IMG/VR virus record: IMGVR_UViG_3300031576_000049
Coordinates: 1-57,453 of that record
Reading direction: 5' to 3' (one strand)
DNA: 57,453 nucleotides
Source: a virus
Lineage: Duplodnaviria; Caudoviricetes
Of this stretch, positions 55,529 through 57,453 are shown piece by piece. The translations under genes were made by a program, and so were the position numbers. Numbering within the stretch: position 1 is the first letter of the stretch; every line of letters starts with the position of its first letter. Under the pieces are notes generated by a model. It made no database searches. It was not told where the DNA came from and saw only the letters and a program-made list of their open reading frames with translations.

Positions 55529-57406
55529 ATGCCGCTTTACCTGCCGCACCACGATGTCTCGCTTGGCGGCAACACCGCCGGCGTTTTGGCGCTAATTTCC
55601 TCCGGCACGCTCTTTCTGGCCGGCGGAAATAATATTACGCTCAGCCAGGCCGGGAATTCCGTCACCATCTCCGGCGGGGCAGGCGGAGGCGGCGGCGGAT
55701 CATTCTCGGCGGGTATCTCGACCGGCGGGAATACCAGCGGCACGTCTGGAACCGTTTCTGGGCAGCTTGTCTTCGCCGGCGGCAACAACATCACCCTCAG
55801 CCAGTCGGTGGCTGGCGCATCGGCCACCATCACGGTTTCAGCCTTTAATCAGACCGCGCCGGTGGTGTCAAACGCGATCCAGGCGGTGGCCTCCGCGACT
55901 GGTTCAGGCACGAATACTAGCCGATTTGCCGCCGATGACCACGCGCATGAGGGCATTTTCTCGGCCGGCGTCTCGACCGGGGGGAACACCATCGGCAACA
56001 CCTCGGTAGGCCCTGGCCAGATCGTATTGGCCGGCGGCAACAACATCACGTTGTCGCAAGCGACGGCGGCCGGCAAGCTGATGTCGGTCACCATTTCCGC
56101 GTTCAACCAGACGGCGCCCGTGGTCGGCGCCGCCATCCAGGATGTGGCGACGGCGACGGCGTCGGGCACGGCCACCTCGCAGTTCGCCGCGCACGATCAC
56201 GCCCATCGCGGGCAGTTTGGGTGGGACGTAAATGGCGTGGCCTCAACCTTTGTGGGAACGCAACAATTGAGTGCCGGCAACCTCATGTCGATCGCGACCG
56301 GCGGCGGAACGACGCGGGGGACGGCGCAATTCATCAACCTGCTGTCGTCGGCGACCACCGCGTCGGCGGTGACCAGCGCCAACGTGGTCGGCGCCATGGC
56401 CTCCCGATTCGCCCTGGAGGCCCACCAGCACGCCGGGGTCGGCTTGGCCGGCGTATCGACCGGGGGAAACACGTCGGGCTCGACGGCAGTCTTGGCTGGC
56501 AGGCTGGTCCTGGCGGGCGGCGCCAACATCACGCTGTCGCAATCGACAGCGGCCGACAACGCCATGACCGTCACCATTTCTGGCGGTGCCGGCGGCGGCG
56601 GCGCGTTTTCGGCGGGGGTCTCGACCGGCGGCAACACCAGCGGCACAACCGGCACGGTCAGCCAGCAGCTTGTGCTGGTCGGCGGCAATAACATCACGCT
56701 GTCGCAGTCGGTCAACGGCGGCTCAGCGACGGTGACGATTTCCGGCGCGGCGGAGGCGGCGAATCCGAATTTCTGGATGAACCTAGACGATTGGGCCGTC
56801 ACCCGAGCCACGTCCAACGCGTCCCTCTACATCTTTCCGCTGGCCCCACAAGGGCCAATGCCCTTCAACATCACGGCCTCCACGCTGATGATGGAAATGT
56901 CTGGATCCATCACGGCGACCGCTAACTCCTCGTCTCACAGCTTCACGGTGTCGCTCGGAATCTATACGGCGAACAACTCGACGCAATTGGGCCTGTTGAA
57001 CAGCGCGTCGTCGAGCTGGGCATTCGGGGCGGCCACCTCAAACAGCGCCCTCTACCACGGCGTGCGCTTCCTGACATTTCATTCCAGCCTGTTCTCCGCG
57101 CCAGTCTCCTTCGTCAAGGGCAGCAATTACTGGTTCGCGTACTGGGTCCAGTCATCGAACTACGCGGTGTCCTGGGTCTTCGCGCACGGCACGAATCTGG
57201 CGCCGGGCCAAGCCCGGTCAGGCACCCTCGGGTCGAGTATAGTGACCAGCAGCCGCATGAACATGCTGCCGTTCGGTCCATGCCTCTATTCGGCGAGCTT
57301 CACGACGGCGCTACCGACGGCGCTGGCTCAAAGCAATATGTCTTTCAACGTCGGCAACCCTCTGGCGGCGAAAGTTGTCCTGATGAACTTGGCGTCGAGC
57401 TTCTGA
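55529..57406 (+). CDS. Tail fibre-like Ser/Thr/Gly-rich repeat protein
   Basis: Five GG(N/A)NITLSQ repeats, three FAxxxHxH motifs, distinct C-terminal head domain. Confidence 0.75.
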   Translation: MPLYLPHHDVSLGGNTAGVLALISSGTLFLAGGNNITLSQAGNSVTISGGAGGGGGGSFSAGISTGGNTSGTSGTVSGQLVFAGGNNITLSQSVAGASATITVSAFNQTAPVVSNAIQAVASATGSGTNTSRFAADDHAHEGIFSAGVSTGGNTIGNTSVGPGQIVLAGGNNITLSQATAAGKLMSVTISAFNQTAPVVGAAIQDVATATASGTATSQFAAHDHAHRGQFGWDVNGVASTFVGTQQLSAGNLMSIATGGGTTRGTAQFINLLSSATTASAVTSANVVGAMASRFALEAHQHAGVGLAGVSTGGNTSGSTAVLAGRLVLAGGANITLSQSTAADNAMTVTISGGAGGGGAFSAGVSTGGNTSGTTGTVSQQLVLVGGNNITLSQSVNGGSATVTISGAAEAANPNFWMNLDDWAVTRATSNASLYIFPLAPQGPMPFNITASTLMMEMSGSITATANSSSHSFTVSLGIYTANNSTQLGLLNSASSSWAFGAATSNSALYHGVRFLTFHSSLFSAPVSFVKGSNYWFAYWVQSSNYAVSWVFAHGTNLAPGQARSGTLGSSIVTSSRMNMLPFGPCLYSASFTTALPTALAQSNMSFNVGNPLAAKVVLMNLASSF

Positions 57407-57453
57407 TGAAGCCCGAGATCATCGTCGATCCAGGATGGGCGGGCCGGCACAAC
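57327..57453. repeat. Terminal direct repeat, copy 2
   Basis: Identical to 1..127. Confidence 0.97.

Overview
This is a complete, circularly assembled high-GC dsDNA tailed phage genome of about 57.3 kb. The first and last 127 nt are identical, which is probably an assembler overlap. The plus strand carries a lysis, packaging and morphogenesis block (~16.9-44.2 kb): sigma-70 region-4 protein, M15 endolysin, holin-like protein, TerL, a frameshifted portal, scaffold, major capsid, podovirus-like tail proteins and large probable ejection proteins. A second plus-strand block wraps the origin (54.9 kb to 4.8 kb): HxH-repeat tail fibre, glycosyltransferase, SAM methyltransferase and a secreted beta-helix protein. 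The minus-strand replication module (44-52.8 kb) holds a UDG-PolA fusion, an SSB-like protein, a Sak4-like ATPase, a PD-(D/E)XK nuclease and a P-loop helicase-like protein. An accessory region (4.8-16.9 kb) holds TerS, duplicated small genes, a DNA methyltransferase, an intact IS1595 carrying a PIN module, and a decayed second IS1595. There is one tRNA-Ser(CGA). I found no integrase, primase, reverse transcriptase or CRISPR array. The three most notable signals are: (1) a family-A polymerase fused to a family-4 UDG, with catalytic aspartates intact but steric-gate and minor-groove residues jointly replaced; (2) a 75-nt element resembling only the tRNA-like domain of tmRNA, bracketed by a promoter and terminator on the antisense strand; (3) a fibre/glycosyltransferase/methyltransferase cluster, plus several signal-peptide proteins. 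All calls come from reading motifs by eye; no database searches were run.
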